Assembly (NCBI RefSeq): GCF_030013205.1
Contig: NZ_CP122648.1
Source: Escherichia coli
GTDB lineage: Bacteria > Pseudomonadota > Gammaproteobacteria > Enterobacterales > Enterobacteriaceae
Strand: one strand, 5' to 3'
Length of the DNA stretch: 64,000 nucleotides
In this document: one piece after another, positions 24,914-39,802 of the stretch
Position numbering within the stretch: position 1 is the first letter of the stretch
Layout of the letters: each line of letters starts with the position of its first letter
The notes under the pieces: generated by a model
What the model saw: the letters and a program-made list of their open reading frames with translations, nothing else
Database searches by the model: none
What the model was told of the DNA's origin: nothing
Position numbers and translations under genes: made by a program

Positions 24914-26266
24914 ATGAGTTCTTTAAGTCAGGCTGCGAGCAGTGTGGAAAAACGCACAAATGCTCGTTACTGGATAGTGGTGATGTTGTTTATCGTCACA
25001 TCCTTCAACTACGGCGACCGCGCTACGCTTTCTATTGCCGGTTCGGAAATGGCCAAAGATATCGGCCTTGATCCCGTGGGAATGGGCTATGTGTTCTCTG
25101 CTTTCTCATGGGCTTATGTTATCGGACAGATCCCTGGTGGTTGGTTGCTGGATCGTTTTGGTTCAAAACGCGTCTACTTCTGGTCGATCTTTATCTGGTC
25201 GATGTTTACCTTGCTGCAAGGCTTTGTCGATATTTTTAGTGGATTCGGCATTATCGTTGCCCTGTTTACGCTGCGCTTCCTGGTCGGGCTTGCTGAAGCG
25301 CCATCTTTCCCCGGCAACAGTCGCATTGTTGCGGCCTGGTTTCCGGCGCAGGAAAGGGGAACGGCGGTGTCGATTTTTAACTCCGCTCAATACTTCGCAA
25401 CGGTGATCTTCGCGCCGATTATGGGCTGGCTGACGCATGAAGTGGGCTGGTCACACGTCTTCTTCTTTATGGGCGGTCTGGGCATTGTCATCAGCTTTAT
25501 CTGGTTGAAAGTCATCCACGAGCCAAATCAACATCCGGGTGTAAATCAGAAAGAGCTGGAGTACATCGCCGCGGGTGGCGCGCTGATCAATATGGATCAG
25601 CAAAATACCAAAGTTAAAGTGCCGTTCAGCGTGAAGTGGGGGCAGATCAAACAGCTGCTCGGGTCACGGATGATGATCGGCGTTTATATCGGTCAGTACT
25701 GTATCAACGCCCTGACTTACTTTTTCATTACCTGGTTTCCGGTTTATCTGGTGCAGGCGCGTGGGATGTCGATTCTGAAAGCGGGCTTTGTGGCTTCCGT
25801 TCCGGCGGTTTGCGGTTTTATCGGCGGTGTGCTGGGTGGGATTATTTCCGACTGGCTGATGCGCCGCACGGGATCGCTGAACATTGCGCGTAAAACACCG
25901 ATCGTAATGGGCATGTTGCTGTCGATGGTGATGGTGTTCTGCAACTACGTCAACGTTGAGTGGATGATCATCGGCTTTATGGCGCTGGCCTTCTTCGGTA
26001 AGGGCATCGGGGCGCTGGGTTGGGCAGTAATGGCAGATACCGCGCCAAAAGAGATCAGCGGTCTTTCCGGTGGCCTGTTCAACATGTTCGGTAACATTTC
26101 TGGCATCGTCACGCCAATCGCAATTGGTTATATCGTTGGCACGACTGGCTCGTTTAATGGGGCGCTGATTTATGTTGGTGTTCATGCCTTAATCGCGGTA
26201 CTGAGCTACCTGGTGCTGGTGGGCGATATCAAGCGTATCGAGCTGAAACCTGTCGCGGGGCAATAA
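24914..26266 (+). CDS. gudP: glucarate/galactarate MFS transporter
   Basis: 450-aa polytopic MFS ORF. Confidence 0.9.
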   Translation: MSSLSQAASSVEKRTNARYWIVVMLFIVTSFNYGDRATLSIAGSEMAKDIGLDPVGMGYVFSAFSWAYVIGQIPGGWLLDRFGSKRVYFWSIFIWSMFTLLQGFVDIFSGFGIIVALFTLRFLVGLAEAPSFPGNSRIVAAWFPAQERGTAVSIFNSAQYFATVIFAPIMGWLTHEVGWSHVFFFMGGLGIVISFIWLKVIHEPNQHPGVNQKELEYIAAGGALINMDQQNTKVKVPFSVKWGQIKQLLGSRMMIGVYIGQYCINALTYFFITWFPVYLVQARGMSILKAGFVASVPAVCGFIGGVLGGIISDWLMRRTGSLNIARKTPIVMGMLLSMVMVFCNYVNVEWMIIGFMALAFFGKGIGALGWAVMADTAPKEISGLSGGLFNMFGNISGIVTPIAIGYIVGTTGSFNGALIYVGVHALIAVLSYLVLVGDIKRIELKPVAGQ

Positions 26267-26267
26267 G

Positions 26268-27608
26268 ATGACGACACAATCCAGTCCTGTTATTACTGAT
26301 ATGAAAGTCATTCCGGTCGCCGGGCACGATAGCATGTTGCTTAATATTGGTGGGGCGCATAACGCATATTTCACTCGCAATATTGTGGTACTCACCGATA
26401 ACGCCGGGCATACCGGCATTGGTGAAGCGCCAGGCGGAGAGGTGATTTATCAGACACTGGTCGATGCTATTCCGATGGTGTTGGGCCAGGAAGTTGCGCG
26501 CCTGAATAAAGTGGTTCAGCAGGTGCATAAAGGTAATCAGGCAGCCGATTTTGATACCTTCGGCAAAGGTGCCTGGACTTTTGAATTGCGCGTTAATGCC
26601 GTGGCGGCGCTGGAAGCCGCCTTGCTTGACCTGCTAGGTAAGGCGCTGAATGTTCCGGTCTGCGAACTGTTGGGGCCAGGCAAGCAACGCGAGGCTATTA
26701 CCGTCCTCGGTTATCTGTTTTATATCGGTGATCGGACCAAAACCGATCTTCCTTATCTGGAAAATACGCCGGGCAACCATGAGTGGTATCAGTTGCGCCA
26801 TCAGAAAGCGATGAACAGCGAAGCCGTTGTGCGTCTGGCGGAAGCCTCACAGGATCGCTATGGCTTTAAAGATTTCAAACTAAAGGGCGGCGTGTTACCT
26901 GGCGAGCAAGAAATCGACACTGTTCGTGCATTGAAGAAACGCTTCCCGGATGCGCGGATTACCGTTGATCCCAACGGTGCATGGCTGCTTGATGAAGCCA
27001 TTTCTCTGTGCAAAGGGCTGAATGATGTTCTTACCTATGCTGAAGATCCATGCGGAGCAGAACAGGGGTTCTCCGGACGTGAAGTGATGGCGGAGTTTCG
27101 ACGGGCGACCGGCTTGCCCGTCGCGACTAACATGATCGCCACCAACTGGCGCGAAATGGGCCATGCGGTGATGCTCAATGCGGTAGATATTCCACTTGCC
27201 GATCCGCATTTCTGGACGCTTTCCGGTGCAGTCCGCGTAGCGCAGCTTTGCGACGACTGGGGGCTGACCTGGGGCTGCCATTCCAATAATCACTTCGATA
27301 TCTCTCTGGCGATGTTTACCCATGTGGGTGCGGCGGCACCGGGTAATCCTACCGCTATCGATACCCACTGGATTTGGCAGGAGGGAGATTGTCGCCTGAC
27401 CAAAAATCCGCTGGAGATTAAAAACGGAAAAATTGCCGTTCCTGATGCGCCCGGTCTGGGCGTGGAACTGGACTGGGAGCAGGTACAAAAGGCGCATGAG
27501 GCCTATAAACGTCTGCCTGGCGGTGCGCGTAACGACGCGGGCCCGATGCAGTACCTGATCCCCGGCTGGACCTTTGACCGTAAACGTCCCGTTTTCGGCC
27601 GTCATTGA
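26268..27608 (+). CDS. gudX: glucarate dehydratase-related protein (enolase superfamily)
   Basis: 446-aa ORF, paralogous to the downstream gudD ORF. Confidence 0.9.
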   Translation: MTTQSSPVITDMKVIPVAGHDSMLLNIGGAHNAYFTRNIVVLTDNAGHTGIGEAPGGEVIYQTLVDAIPMVLGQEVARLNKVVQQVHKGNQAADFDTFGKGAWTFELRVNAVAALEAALLDLLGKALNVPVCELLGPGKQREAITVLGYLFYIGDRTKTDLPYLENTPGNHEWYQLRHQKAMNSEAVVRLAEASQDRYGFKDFKLKGGVLPGEQEIDTVRALKKRFPDARITVDPNGAWLLDEAISLCKGLNDVLTYAEDPCGAEQGFSGREVMAEFRRATGLPVATNMIATNWREMGHAVMLNAVDIPLADPHFWTLSGAVRVAQLCDDWGLTWGCHSNNHFDISLAMFTHVGAAAPGNPTAIDTHWIWQEGDCRLTKNPLEIKNGKIAVPDAPGLGVELDWEQVQKAHEAYKRLPGGARNDAGPMQYLIPGWTFDRKRPVFGRH

Positions 27609-27628
27609 TTTTGAAAAAGGACATAAAT

Positions 27629-28969
27629 ATGAGTTCTCAATTTACGACGCCTGTTGTTACTGAAATGCAGGTCATCCCGGTGGCGGGCCATGACAGTATG
27701 CTGATGAATCTGAGTGGTGCACACGCACCGTTCTTCACGCGTAATATTGTGATTATCAAAGATAATTCTGGTCACACCGGCGTAGGGGAAATTCCCGGCG
27801 GCGAGAAAATCCGTAAAACGCTGGAAGATGCGATTCCGCTGGTGGTGGGTAAAACGCTGGGTGAATACAAAAACGTTCTGACGCTGGTGCGTAATACATT
27901 TGCCGATCGTGATGCCGGCGGGCGCGGTTTGCAGACATTTGACCTGCGGACCACTATTCATGTGGTTACCGGGATAGAAGCGGCAATGCTGGATCTGCTG
28001 GGGCAGCATCTGGGGGTTAACGTGGCATCCCTGCTGGGCGATGGTCAACAGCGTAGCGAAGTCGAAATGCTCGGTTATCTGTTCTTCGTCGGTAATCGCA
28101 AAGCCACACCGCTGCCGTATCAAAGCCAGCCGGATGATAAATGTGACTGGTATCGCCTGCGTCACGAAGAAGCGATGACGCCGGATGCGGTGGTGCGCCT
28201 GGCGGAAGCGGCATATGAAAAATATGGCTTCAACGATTTCAAACTGAAGGGCGGTGTACTGGCCGGGGAAGAAGAAGCAGAATCTATTGTGGCACTGGCG
28301 CAACGCTTCCCACAGGCGCGTATTACCCTCGATCCTAACGGTGCCTGGTCGCTGAACGAAGCGATTAAAATTGGTAAATACCTGAAAGGTTCGCTGGCTT
28401 ATGCAGAAGATCCGTGTGGTGCGGAGCAAGGTTTCTCCGGGCGTGAAGTGATGGCAGAGTTCCGTCGCGCGACTGGCCTGCCGACCGCAACCAATATGAT
28501 CGCCACCGACTGGCGGCAGATGGGCCATACGCTCTCCCTGCAATCCGTTGATATCCCGCTGGCGGATCCGCATTTCTGGACGATGCAAGGTTCGGTACGT
28601 GTGGCGCAAATGTGCCATGAATTTGGCCTGACCTGGGGTTCACACTCTAACAACCACTTCGATATTTCCCTGGCGATGTTTACCCATGTAGCCGCTGCTG
28701 CACCGGGTAAAATTACTGCTATTGATACGCACTGGATCTGGCAGGAAGGCAATCAGCGTCTGACCAAAGAACCGTTTGAGATCAAAGGCGGGCTGGTTCA
28801 GGTGCCGCAAAAACCAGGATTGGGCGTAGAAATCGATATGGATCAGGTGATGAAAGCCCACGAGCTGTATCAGAAACACGGGCTTGGCGCGCGTGACGAT
28901 GCGATGGGAATGCAGTACCTGATTCCTGGCTGGACGTTTGATAACAAGCGCCCGTGCATGGTGCGTTAA
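27629..28969 (+). CDS. gudD: D-glucarate dehydratase
   Basis: Start set at [10 protein letters not shown] (ATG 27629) 8 codons inside ORF-track start; enolase superfamily. Confidence 0.9.
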   Translation: MSSQFTTPVVTEMQVIPVAGHDSMLMNLSGAHAPFFTRNIVIIKDNSGHTGVGEIPGGEKIRKTLEDAIPLVVGKTLGEYKNVLTLVRNTFADRDAGGRGLQTFDLRTTIHVVTGIEAAMLDLLGQHLGVNVASLLGDGQQRSEVEMLGYLFFVGNRKATPLPYQSQPDDKCDWYRLRHEEAMTPDAVVRLAEAAYEKYGFNDFKLKGGVLAGEEEAESIVALAQRFPQARITLDPNGAWSLNEAIKIGKYLKGSLAYAEDPCGAEQGFSGREVMAEFRRATGLPTATNMIATDWRQMGHTLSLQSVDIPLADPHFWTMQGSVRVAQMCHEFGLTWGSHSNNHFDISLAMFTHVAAAAPGKITAIDTHWIWQEGNQRLTKEPFEIKGGLVQVPQKPGLGVEIDMDQVMKAHELYQKHGLGARDDAMGMQYLIPGWTFDNKRPCMVR

Positions 28970-28971
28970 GA

Positions 28972-29017
28972 CAGTAATCTCAAACCGGCTCTTTCAGGAG
29001 CCGGTTTGAGATTACTG
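28972..29017. terminator. long stem-loop after gudD between convergent gudD and barA
   Basis: cagtaatctcaaaccggctc tttcag gagccggtttgagattactg, near-perfect inverted repeat. Confidence 0.45.
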
Positions 29018-29029
29018 ACGAAGTGGCTT

Positions 29030-29145
29030 ACGGGGACGGTTTTCCCCTCGCCCTTTCAAGGAGAGGACCGGGGGGAGGGTAATCATTCGCACTTGCGTTG
29101 GCCTGTTCCCCTCACCCTAACCCTCTCCCCGGAGGGGCGAGGGGA
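29030..29145. repeat. GC-rich imperfect palindromic intergenic element (BoxC-like)
   Basis: cccctcgccc...ggagaggaccggggggagggt / ccctcaccctaaccctctccccggaggggcgagggg; the two arms are reverse-complementary; generates the spurious ORF 29006..29362. Confidence 0.35.
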
Positions 29146-29208
29146 CTGTCTGTGCTGTTCCCAGCATTGGCATTGGACGGAACCTATTTTGACTCGACAA
29201 GACGTCCG

Positions 29209-31965
29209 TTACCCGAGAATTTTGCTGGCTTCGCGCGCTACATTATCCATCTCGTCCAACAGTTCCAGCAGCTCCGGCTCCAAATCTTCTTCTTTAGTAC
29301 CGCTACGTAGCTGTTGTTCGATCAGTTGGCAGAGATTCTTCATACGCGGCACACCGCTATAGCCGCAACTGCCATGCAGTTTATGAATCAAATCAACCAG
29401 GCCTTCCGGGTTTTCTCCAACCAGCTGTTCCTCAACTTTGTTGCGAACTTCAGGCAGGAAATCGAGTAACATTTGCAGCATATCGCGCGCTAAATCGGTT
29501 TTTCCTGCTGCCTGGCGTAGTGCCAGTTGCCAGTCGAGGGTCGCATTCGGGTTCACCACAATTTCGTTGACTTCGGGCGTCACGACGCGAGAGGAAATAC
29601 CGCTGCCAGGCTTGTAGCGCAACAGCAAATTATGCAATCGTTCTTCTTCAATCGGTTTCGCCAGATAATCGCTCATCCCTGCGCCAAGCAGCTTCTCTTT
29701 TTGCCCGGCCATTGCATGCGCCGTTACCGCGATAACCGGCGTTTGTTGCTGATGGGGGAGCTGGTGGATGAGTTCGCAGGCCCGAATACCGTCCATGTCC
29801 GGCATTTGAATATCCATTAAGATCAAATCGAACGGCATCTGTTTCGCCCGTTCAACCGCCTGATGCCCGCTATCGCAAAGTTCCACATGTTGCACCATAT
29901 CTTCCAGCAATGCGCCGATAAGTTTCAGGTTAGCGGGGTTGTCATCAACCGCCATGACTGTCATTGCCAGCTTACTTTCATCGGTTACAGGCAAAAGCGT
30001 GTTTTGTTTGTGATGACAAAATTCCGTCAGGGCAGGTAACAGGCGCGTAGGTGTTAATGGTTTCAGCAGACACGCGCCGATACCATCTTGCTTAAGTTTT
30101 TCAGCATTGACTTGTGCATGGCAAGGAAGTGCCAGCATCAGAAAATCGGTCATCGATACCGCTTTCGCTAATCGCTCATGTTGCATTGTTAGCGGCTCGC
30201 GGAAGGTCACCGCAATGCCTAATAACATCATGTCGTAATGCGCGGGAGGTAGCGCGGAGAACGTTGGGCTATAAACCACTTCCAGCGGCGTTTCACTTAA
30301 AATATCCAGCGTGCATTGCGCTGCTGCGGAGTTTGGTTCGACATAGGCCAGGCGCTTGCCGGCTAGGCACTGGGTGGATGGCCCTTCGATAATAATGTTC
30401 GGGTTCAGATCGAGATTAATGTGGAACCAGAAAGTTGAACCGCGATTCGGCTGGCTATGGAACGAAATATCGCCGCCCATTTCATTAACCAGTTTTTGTG
30501 TAATCACCAGCCCCAGCCCGGTGCCACCATGACGGCGGGAAATACTGGCATCAGCCTGTCGGAAGGCCTGGAATAAGCGCGATTGATCGCGTTCAGGAAT
30601 ACCAATGCCGGTATCCCGAATCTGCACTTCAATCTGAACTTTGGTATTACTCAGCGCACGTTTTTCTACCAGAATATCAATGTTGCCATTCTCGGTGAAT
30701 TTAATTGCATTCCCTACCAGGTTAGTGATGATTTGCTGTAATCGCAGTGGGTCGCCAATTACGTTATCGGGCACGTCGCTCTTAATATTGAGCGTCAGTT
30801 CCAGCCCTTTATCGTGAGAAGAATGTGCCAGCAGGGTAACGACTTCATCCAGCGTGCTGCGTAGTGGGAATGGAATACTTTCCAGAATCAGCTTACCTGC
30901 TTCCAGTTTCGAGAAGTCGAGAACATCATTAATAATTGCCAGCAAATTATTTGCCGAACGTTCAATCGTATTCAGGTGATCGCGCTGCGTTGGTGTTAAT
31001 TCTGTTTTCAGCGTCAGGCGGGTAAAGCCAATAACACCATTCAGTGGTGTACGCAGCTCGTGTGACATATTTGCCAGAAACTCGGATTTAATACGCGCCG
31101 CTTCCTGGGCGCGCTTTTTCGCCAGATCCAACTCAACGTTCTGAATTTCCATCTGCTCCAGCGTTTCACGCAGATCGGACGTCGCCTGGGCGATATTGTG
31201 TTGCATCTCTTCGTGATAAGCCGCCAGCGACATTGCCATCGAGTTGATACCGTTTTTCAGCATATCCAGCTCGCCGAGCATAAATCCTTCCACACGGCTG
31301 TCGAGTTGCCCGCGACGGATGCGGTCGACGGTATTCACCATATTGCGAATCGGACCGGTTACATCGCGCATTAAGCGCCAGCCAAAAATAAGCGCAATAC
31401 CGATACAAAACAGCATCATCACGCTGGAAATAAAGATCTCTTTATATTGCTGCAAGCGAACCGATTTAAGATCCAGCTCAAGCGCAATATATCCCAACAT
31501 ATTTTGACTATTTTTGGCATCGCTACTGGGCGATTCGTCGGGGGAGTAACTCTCAGAAATAATCGGCGTGCGGAGGATCATAATATCGCCGTCACGAGTG
31601 ACAGTGAGCTGGCGAGGAAACGGCACGTTGCTGCCGAGCTGCATTGATGAGGGATCAAGATGAAAATTGGAGGTGACAAAGAGTCGGTTATTTTCATCAT
31701 AAACCGAAATCGCGCGAACAATATCGGAATGGCGACGATGCAGTACGCTTATTAACTGACCGATAGATTCGCGATTTTGCAGGCTCATGCCATATTCAGT
31801 AGAAACTGCAAGCGGCTCAATAATGCTGGCTCCGGCATCTTCCAGTTGACGCTGCAAGTCGTTATAGCGATGCACAACGAAAAAGATACTCAGCAATAAA
31901 CCAATAAGGACGGTCGGTGCCAGGATCAGAATCATCATGCGTGCGCGCAGGCTGTAGTTGGTCAT
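29209..31965 (-). CDS. barA: hybrid sensor histidine kinase BarA (BarA/UvrY two-component system)
   Basis: 918-aa ORF with HAMP, HisKA (SHELRTPLN), HATPase, receiver and HPt regions. Confidence 0.95.
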   Translation of the reverse strand: MTNYSLRARMMILILAPTVLIGLLLSIFFVVHRYNDLQRQLEDAGASIIEPLAVSTEYGMSLQNRESIGQLISVLHRRHSDIVRAISVYDENNRLFVTSNFHLDPSSMQLGSNVPFPRQLTVTRDGDIMILRTPIISESYSPDESPSSDAKNSQNMLGYIALELDLKSVRLQQYKEIFISSVMMLFCIGIALIFGWRLMRDVTGPIRNMVNTVDRIRRGQLDSRVEGFMLGELDMLKNGINSMAMSLAAYHEEMQHNIAQATSDLRETLEQMEIQNVELDLAKKRAQEAARIKSEFLANMSHELRTPLNGVIGFTRLTLKTELTPTQRDHLNTIERSANNLLAIINDVLDFSKLEAGKLILESIPFPLRSTLDEVVTLLAHSSHDKGLELTLNIKSDVPDNVIGDPLRLQQIITNLVGNAIKFTENGNIDILVEKRALSNTKVQIEVQIRDTGIGIPERDQSRLFQAFRQADASISRRHGGTGLGLVITQKLVNEMGGDISFHSQPNRGSTFWFHINLDLNPNIIIEGPSTQCLAGKRLAYVEPNSAAAQCTLDILSETPLEVVYSPTFSALPPAHYDMMLLGIAVTFREPLTMQHERLAKAVSMTDFLMLALPCHAQVNAEKLKQDGIGACLLKPLTPTRLLPALTEFCHHKQNTLLPVTDESKLAMTVMAVDDNPANLKLIGALLEDMVQHVELCDSGHQAVERAKQMPFDLILMDIQMPDMDGIRACELIHQLPHQQQTPVIAVTAHAMAGQKEKLLGAGMSDYLAKPIEEERLHNLLLRYKPGSGISSRVVTPEVNEIVVNPNATLDWQLALRQAAGKTDLARDMLQMLLDFLPEVRNKVEEQLVGENPEGLVDLIHKLHGSCGYSGVPRMKNLCQLIEQQLRSGTKEEDLEPELLELLDEMDNVAREASKILG

Positions 31966-32021
31966 GGAGTTCCGTTATGGGACAATTAAGGTCACACTGT
32001 TAAATTGAGAAAGTCTCGCCA

Positions 32022-33323
32022 ATGGCGCAATTCTACTCTGCAAAACGACGCACGACGACGCGTCAGATCATAACTGTTTCAGTCAACGACCTCGACTCTT
32101 TTGGTCAGGGCGTGGCGCGACATAACGGCAAAGCGTTATTTATTCCTGGATTACTGCCACAGGAAAACGCGGAAGTTACTGTTACTGAAGATAAAAAACA
32201 GTACGCTCGCGCTAAAGTCGTGCGCCGGTTAAGCGATAACCCGGAACGCGAAACGCCACGCTGCCCTCATTTTGGCGTATGCGGCGGCTGTCAGCAACAA
32301 CACGCCAGCGTGGATTTACAGCAGCGAAGCAAAAGTGCGGCACTCGCCCGATTAATGAAACACGAAGTCTCTGAAGTGATCGCCGATGTTCCCTGGGGCT
32401 ATCGCCGTCGCGCGCGTTTAAGTTTGAACTACTTACCGAAAACACAGCAACTTCAGATGGGCTTTCGCAAAGCGGGCTCCAGTGACATTGTCGACGTTAA
32501 ACAATGCCCCATTTTAGTGCCCCAACTTGAAGCATTGCTGCCCAAAGTCAGGGCATGCCTGGGCAGCTTACAAGCTATGCGCCATCTTGGTCATGTTGAA
32601 CTGGTACAGGCAACCAGCGGCACGCTGATGATTTTGCGCCATACCGCACCGCTAAGTTCGGCAGATCGCGAAAAACTGGAACGCTTTTCGCATTCTGAAG
32701 GACTGGATCTGTATCTCGCCCCCGATAGTGAGATACTCGAAACCGTCTCTGGTGAGATGCCCTGGTATGACTCAAACGGGTTGCGCTTAACTTTTAGCCC
32801 GCGCGATTTTATTCAGGTCAATGCGGGTGTGAACCAAAAAATGGTAGCGCGTGCGTTGGAATGGCTGGATGTGCAACCTGAAGATCGCGTACTGGATCTG
32901 TTCTGCGGTATGGGCAACTTTACACTGCCATTGGCGACACAAGCTGCCAGTGTGGTCGGTGTAGAAGGTGTTCCGGCGCTGGTGGAAAAAGGCCAGCAGA
33001 ATGCGCGTCTTAATGGCTTACAGAATGTGACGTTTTATCACGAAAATCTTGAAGAAGATGTCACAAAGCAGCCGTGGGCGAAAAACGGCTTCGATAAAGT
33101 GTTGCTGGACCCGGCGCGAGCAGGTGCCGCAGGTGTTATGCAGCAAATTATAAAACTGGAACCTATTCGTATAGTTTATGTATCCTGTAACCCTGCAACG
33201 CTGGCTCGGGATAGCGAAGCGTTATTAAAAGCAGGATATACCATTGCGCGACTGGCGATGCTGGATATGTTCCCACACACGGGACATCTGGAATCGATGG
33301 TACTTTTCTCGCGCGTTAAATAG
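32022..33323 (+). CDS. rlmD: 23S rRNA m5U1939 methyltransferase (RumA)
   Basis: 433-aa ORF with TRAM domain, 4-Cys cluster and SAM-MTase fold. Confidence 0.9.
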   Translation: MAQFYSAKRRTTTRQIITVSVNDLDSFGQGVARHNGKALFIPGLLPQENAEVTVTEDKKQYARAKVVRRLSDNPERETPRCPHFGVCGGCQQQHASVDLQQRSKSAALARLMKHEVSEVIADVPWGYRRRARLSLNYLPKTQQLQMGFRKAGSSDIVDVKQCPILVPQLEALLPKVRACLGSLQAMRHLGHVELVQATSGTLMILRHTAPLSSADREKLERFSHSEGLDLYLAPDSEILETVSGEMPWYDSNGLRLTFSPRDFIQVNAGVNQKMVARALEWLDVQPEDRVLDLFCGMGNFTLPLATQAASVVGVEGVPALVEKGQQNARLNGLQNVTFYHENLEEDVTKQPWAKNGFDKVLLDPARAGAAGVMQQIIKLEPIRIVYVSCNPATLARDSEALLKAGYTIARLAMLDMFPHTGHLESMVLFSRVK

Positions 33324-33370
33324 TTGCGATTTGCCGATTTCGGCAGGTCTGGTCCCTAAAGGAGAGGACG

Positions 33371-35605
33371 ATGGTTGCGGTAAGAAGTGCACATATCAAT
33401 AAGGCTGGTGAATTTGATCCGGAAAAATGGATCGCAAGTCTGGGTATTACCAGCCAGAAGTCGTGTGAGTGCTTAGCCGAAACCTGGGCGTATTGTCTGC
33501 AACAGACGCAGGGGCATCCGGATGCCAGTCTGTTATTGTGGCGTGGTGTTGAGATGGTGGAGATCCTCTCGACATTAAGTATGGACATTGACACGCTGCG
33601 GGCGGCGCTGCTGTTCCCTCTGGCGGATGCCAACGTAGTCAGCGAAGATGTGCTGCGTGAGAGCGTCGGTAAGTCGGTCGTTAACCTTATTCACGGCGTG
33701 CGTGATATGGCGGCGATCCGCCAGCTGAAAGCGACGCATACCGATTCTGTTTCCTCCGAGCAGGTCGATAACGTTCGCCGGATGTTATTGGCGATGGTCG
33801 ATGATTTTCGCTGCGTGGTCATCAAACTGGCAGAGCGTATTGCTCATCTGCGCGAAGTAAAAGACGCGCCGGAAGATGAACGCGTACTGGCGGCAAAAGA
33901 GTGCACCAATATCTACGCGCCGTTGGCGAACCGTCTTGGGATTGGACAACTGAAATGGGAGCTGGAAGATTACTGCTTCCGTTATCTCCACCCGACCGAA
34001 TACAAACGCATCGCAAAACTGCTGCATGAACGCCGTCTCGACCGCGAACACTATATCGAAGAGTTTGTCGGCCATCTGCGCGCTGAGATGAAAGCTGAAG
34101 GCGTTAAAGCTGAAGTGTATGGTCGACCGAAACACATCTACAGCATCTGGCGCAAAATGCAGAAAAAGAACCTCGCCTTCGATGAGCTGTTTGATGTGCG
34201 TGCGGTACGTATTGTCGCCGAGCGTTTACAGGATTGTTATGCCGCACTGGGGATAGTGCACACTCACTATCGCCACCTGCCGGATGAGTTTGACGATTAC
34301 GTCGCTAACCCGAAACCAAACGGTTATCAGTCTATTCATACCGTGGTTCTGGGACCAGGTGGCAAAACCGTTGAGATCCAAATCCGCACTAAACAGATGC
34401 ATGAAGATGCAGAGTTGGGTGTTGCTGCGCACTGGAAATATAAAGAGGGCGCGGCAGCTGGCGGCGCACGTTCGGGACATGAAGACCGGATTGCCTGGCT
34501 GCGTAAACTGATTGCGTGGCAGGAAGAGATGGCTGATTCCGGCGAAATGCTCGACGAAGTACGTAGCCAGGTCTTTGACGACCGGGTGTACGTCTTTACG
34601 CCGAAAGGTGATGTCGTTGATTTGCCTGCGGGATCAACACCGCTGGACTTCGCTTACCACATCCACAGTGATGTCGGACACCGCTGCATCGGGGCAAAAA
34701 TAGGCGGGCGCATTGTGCCGTTCACCTACCAGCTGCAGATGGGCGACCAGATTGAAATTATTACCCAGAAACAGCCGAACCCCAGCCGTGACTGGTTAAA
34801 CCCAAACCTCGGTTACGTCACAACCAGCCGTGGGCGTTCGAAAATTCACGCCTGGTTCCGTAAACAGGACCGTGACAAAAACATTCTGGCTGGGCGGCAA
34901 ATCCTTGACGACGAGCTGGAACATCTGGGGATCAGCCTGAAAGAAGCAGAAAAACATCTGCTGCCGCGTTACAACTTCAATGATGTCGACGAGTTGCTGG
35001 CGGCAATTGGTGGCGGGGATATCCGTCTCAATCAGATGGTGAACTTCCTGCAATCGCAATTTAATAAGCCGAGTGCCGAAGAGCAGGATGCCGCCGCACT
35101 GAAGCAACTTCAGCAAAAAAGCTATACGCCGCAAAACCGCAGTAAAGATAACGGTCGTGTGGTGGTTGAAGGTGTCGGTAACCTGATGCACCACATCGCG
35201 CGCTGCTGCCAGCCGATTCCTGGAGATGAGATTGTCGGCTTCATTACCCAGGGACGCGGTATTTCAGTACACCGCGCCGATTGCGAACAACTGGCGGAAC
35301 TGCGCTCCCATGCGCCAGAACGTATTGTTGATGCGGTATGGGGCGAGAGCTACTCCGCCGGATATTCGCTGGTGGTCCGCGTGGTGGCTAATGATCGTAG
35401 TGGGTTGTTACGTGATATCACGACCATTCTCGCCAACGAGAAGGTGAACGTACTTGGCGTTGCCAGCCGTAGCGACACCAAACAGCAGCTGGCGACCATC
35501 GACATGACCATTGAGATTTACAACCTGCAAGTGCTGGGCCGCGTGCTGGGTAAACTCAACCAGGTGCCGGATGTTATCGACGCGCGTCGGTTGCACGGGA
35601 GTTAG
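33371..35605 (+). CDS. relA: GTP pyrophosphokinase, (p)ppGpp synthetase I
   Basis: 744-aa RelA/SpoT-family ORF. Confidence 0.95.
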   Translation: MVAVRSAHINKAGEFDPEKWIASLGITSQKSCECLAETWAYCLQQTQGHPDASLLLWRGVEMVEILSTLSMDIDTLRAALLFPLADANVVSEDVLRESVGKSVVNLIHGVRDMAAIRQLKATHTDSVSSEQVDNVRRMLLAMVDDFRCVVIKLAERIAHLREVKDAPEDERVLAAKECTNIYAPLANRLGIGQLKWELEDYCFRYLHPTEYKRIAKLLHERRLDREHYIEEFVGHLRAEMKAEGVKAEVYGRPKHIYSIWRKMQKKNLAFDELFDVRAVRIVAERLQDCYAALGIVHTHYRHLPDEFDDYVANPKPNGYQSIHTVVLGPGGKTVEIQIRTKQMHEDAELGVAAHWKYKEGAAAGGARSGHEDRIAWLRKLIAWQEEMADSGEMLDEVRSQVFDDRVYVFTPKGDVVDLPAGSTPLDFAYHIHSDVGHRCIGAKIGGRIVPFTYQLQMGDQIEIITQKQPNPSRDWLNPNLGYVTTSRGRSKIHAWFRKQDRDKNILAGRQILDDELEHLGISLKEAEKHLLPRYNFNDVDELLAAIGGGDIRLNQMVNFLQSQFNKPSAEEQDAAALKQLQQKSYTPQNRSKDNGRVVVEGVGNLMHHIARCCQPIPGDEIVGFITQGRGISVHRADCEQLAELRSHAPERIVDAVWGESYSAGYSLVVRVVANDRSGLLRDITTILANEKVNVLGVASRSDTKQQLATIDMTIEIYNLQVLGRVLGKLNQVPDVIDARRLHGS

Positions 35606-35608
35606 TCT

Positions 35609-35650
35609 TACATAGCTGGATATGGCGTCAGCCGTATCCAGCGATATCTT
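35609..35650 (+). terminator. stem-loop after relA
   Basis: gctggatatggc gtca gccgtatccagc then T-containing tail; occupies the short relA-mazG spacer. Confidence 0.4.
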
Positions 35651-35700
35651 TTACTCGAAGGTATTACACCTGACAGACCCGCAATTTTCAGGACATTCTA

Positions 35701-36492
35701 ATGAATCAAATCGACCGTTTGCTCACTATTATGCAGCGCCTGCGCGATCCGGAAAACGGCTGCCCGTGGGATAAAGAGCAGACATTTGCCACCATTGCGC
35801 CTTACACCCTTGAAGAAACCTACGAGGTGCTGGACGCCATCGCCCGTGAAGATTTTGACGATCTTCGCGGTGAACTGGGCGATCTGCTGTTCCAGGTGGT
35901 GTTTTACGCACAAATGGCCCAGGAAGAAGGGCGCTTTGACTTTAATGATATTTGCGCCGCGATCAGCGATAAATTAGAACGTCGCCATCCGCATGTTTTT
36001 GCTGACAGTTCTGCCGAAAACAGTAGTGAAGTGCTTGCCCGTTGGGAGCAAATCAAAACCGAAGAGCGCGCGCAGAAAGCGCAGCATTCGGCGCTGGACG
36101 ATATTCCTCGTAGTTTACCGGCTTTAATGCGTGCGCAAAAAATCCAGAAACGTTGCGCCAACGTTGGTTTTGACTGGACGACGCTTGGTCCGGTAGTCGA
36201 TAAAGTCTACGAAGAGATCGACGAGGTGATGTACGAGGCACGGCAGGCTGTTATCGACCAGGCTAAACTGGAGGAGGAAATGGGCGACCTGCTGTTTGCC
36301 ACGGTCAATCTGGCTCGTCATTTAGGGACAAAAGCGGAAATCGCATTGCAAAAAGCGAACGAAAAATTCGAGCGTCGTTTTCGCGAAGTGGAGCGTATTG
36401 TTGCCGCGCGTGGACTGGAAATGACAGGTGTTGACCTCGAAACAATGGAAGAAGTCTGGCAACAGGTAAAACGGCAGGAAATTGATCTCTAA
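35701..36492 (+). CDS. mazG: nucleoside triphosphate pyrophosphohydrolase MazG
   Basis: 263-aa ORF with tandem MazG motifs (EExYE...). Confidence 0.9.
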   Translation: MNQIDRLLTIMQRLRDPENGCPWDKEQTFATIAPYTLEETYEVLDAIAREDFDDLRGELGDLLFQVVFYAQMAQEEGRFDFNDICAAISDKLERRHPHVFADSSAENSSEVLARWEQIKTEERAQKAQHSALDDIPRSLPALMRAQKIQKRCANVGFDWTTLGPVVDKVYEEIDEVMYEARQAVIDQAKLEEEMGDLLFATVNLARHLGTKAEIALQKANEKFERRFREVERIVAARGLEMTGVDLETMEEVWQQVKRQEIDL

Positions 36493-36627
36493 GGGAATTA
36501 CGTGGTCAAGCGCGATTTGTGTCATTTTTTAAATGACAAGCGCTTGATTTGCGTCAAAAACATTTACCCCAAAGGGGCTATTTTCTCACTCCTGATTTCA
36601 ATAGTGCGCTGGCGAAGAGGAGGGATA

Positions 36628-38357
<1,730 letters not shown>

Positions 38358-38429
38358 GTAAAAAAGTTAGAACGGCAACGCGTACCCTGGGTACGCGTTG
38401 TTTGTCTGGAGTTTCAGTTTAACTAGTGA

Positions 38430-39743
<1,314 letters not shown>

Positions 39744-39768
39744 GTCTGACTTTATCTGATTTAAAAAT

Positions 39769-39794
39769 GCCAGCCTTCGGGCTGGCATTTTTTA
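39769..39794. terminator. intrinsic terminator after eno, likely bidirectional (also ends ygcG)
   Basis: gccagccttcgggctggc hairpin followed by TTTTTT on + strand and preceded by AAAAA. Confidence 0.7.
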
Positions 39795-39802
39795 TGGTTG
39801 AG

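Noticed and set aside
26895-28618. Long - strand ORFs (236 aa and 338 aa) overlapping gudX and gudD
   Set aside because: Antisense to the paralogous enolase-superfamily genes gudX and gudD; no RBS; mirror of the real frames
29006-29362. 118-aa + strand ORF in gudD-barA spacer
   Set aside because: Encoded by the GC-rich palindromic repeat and the antisense of the barA 3' end; Pro/Leu/Ser-rich repeat translation
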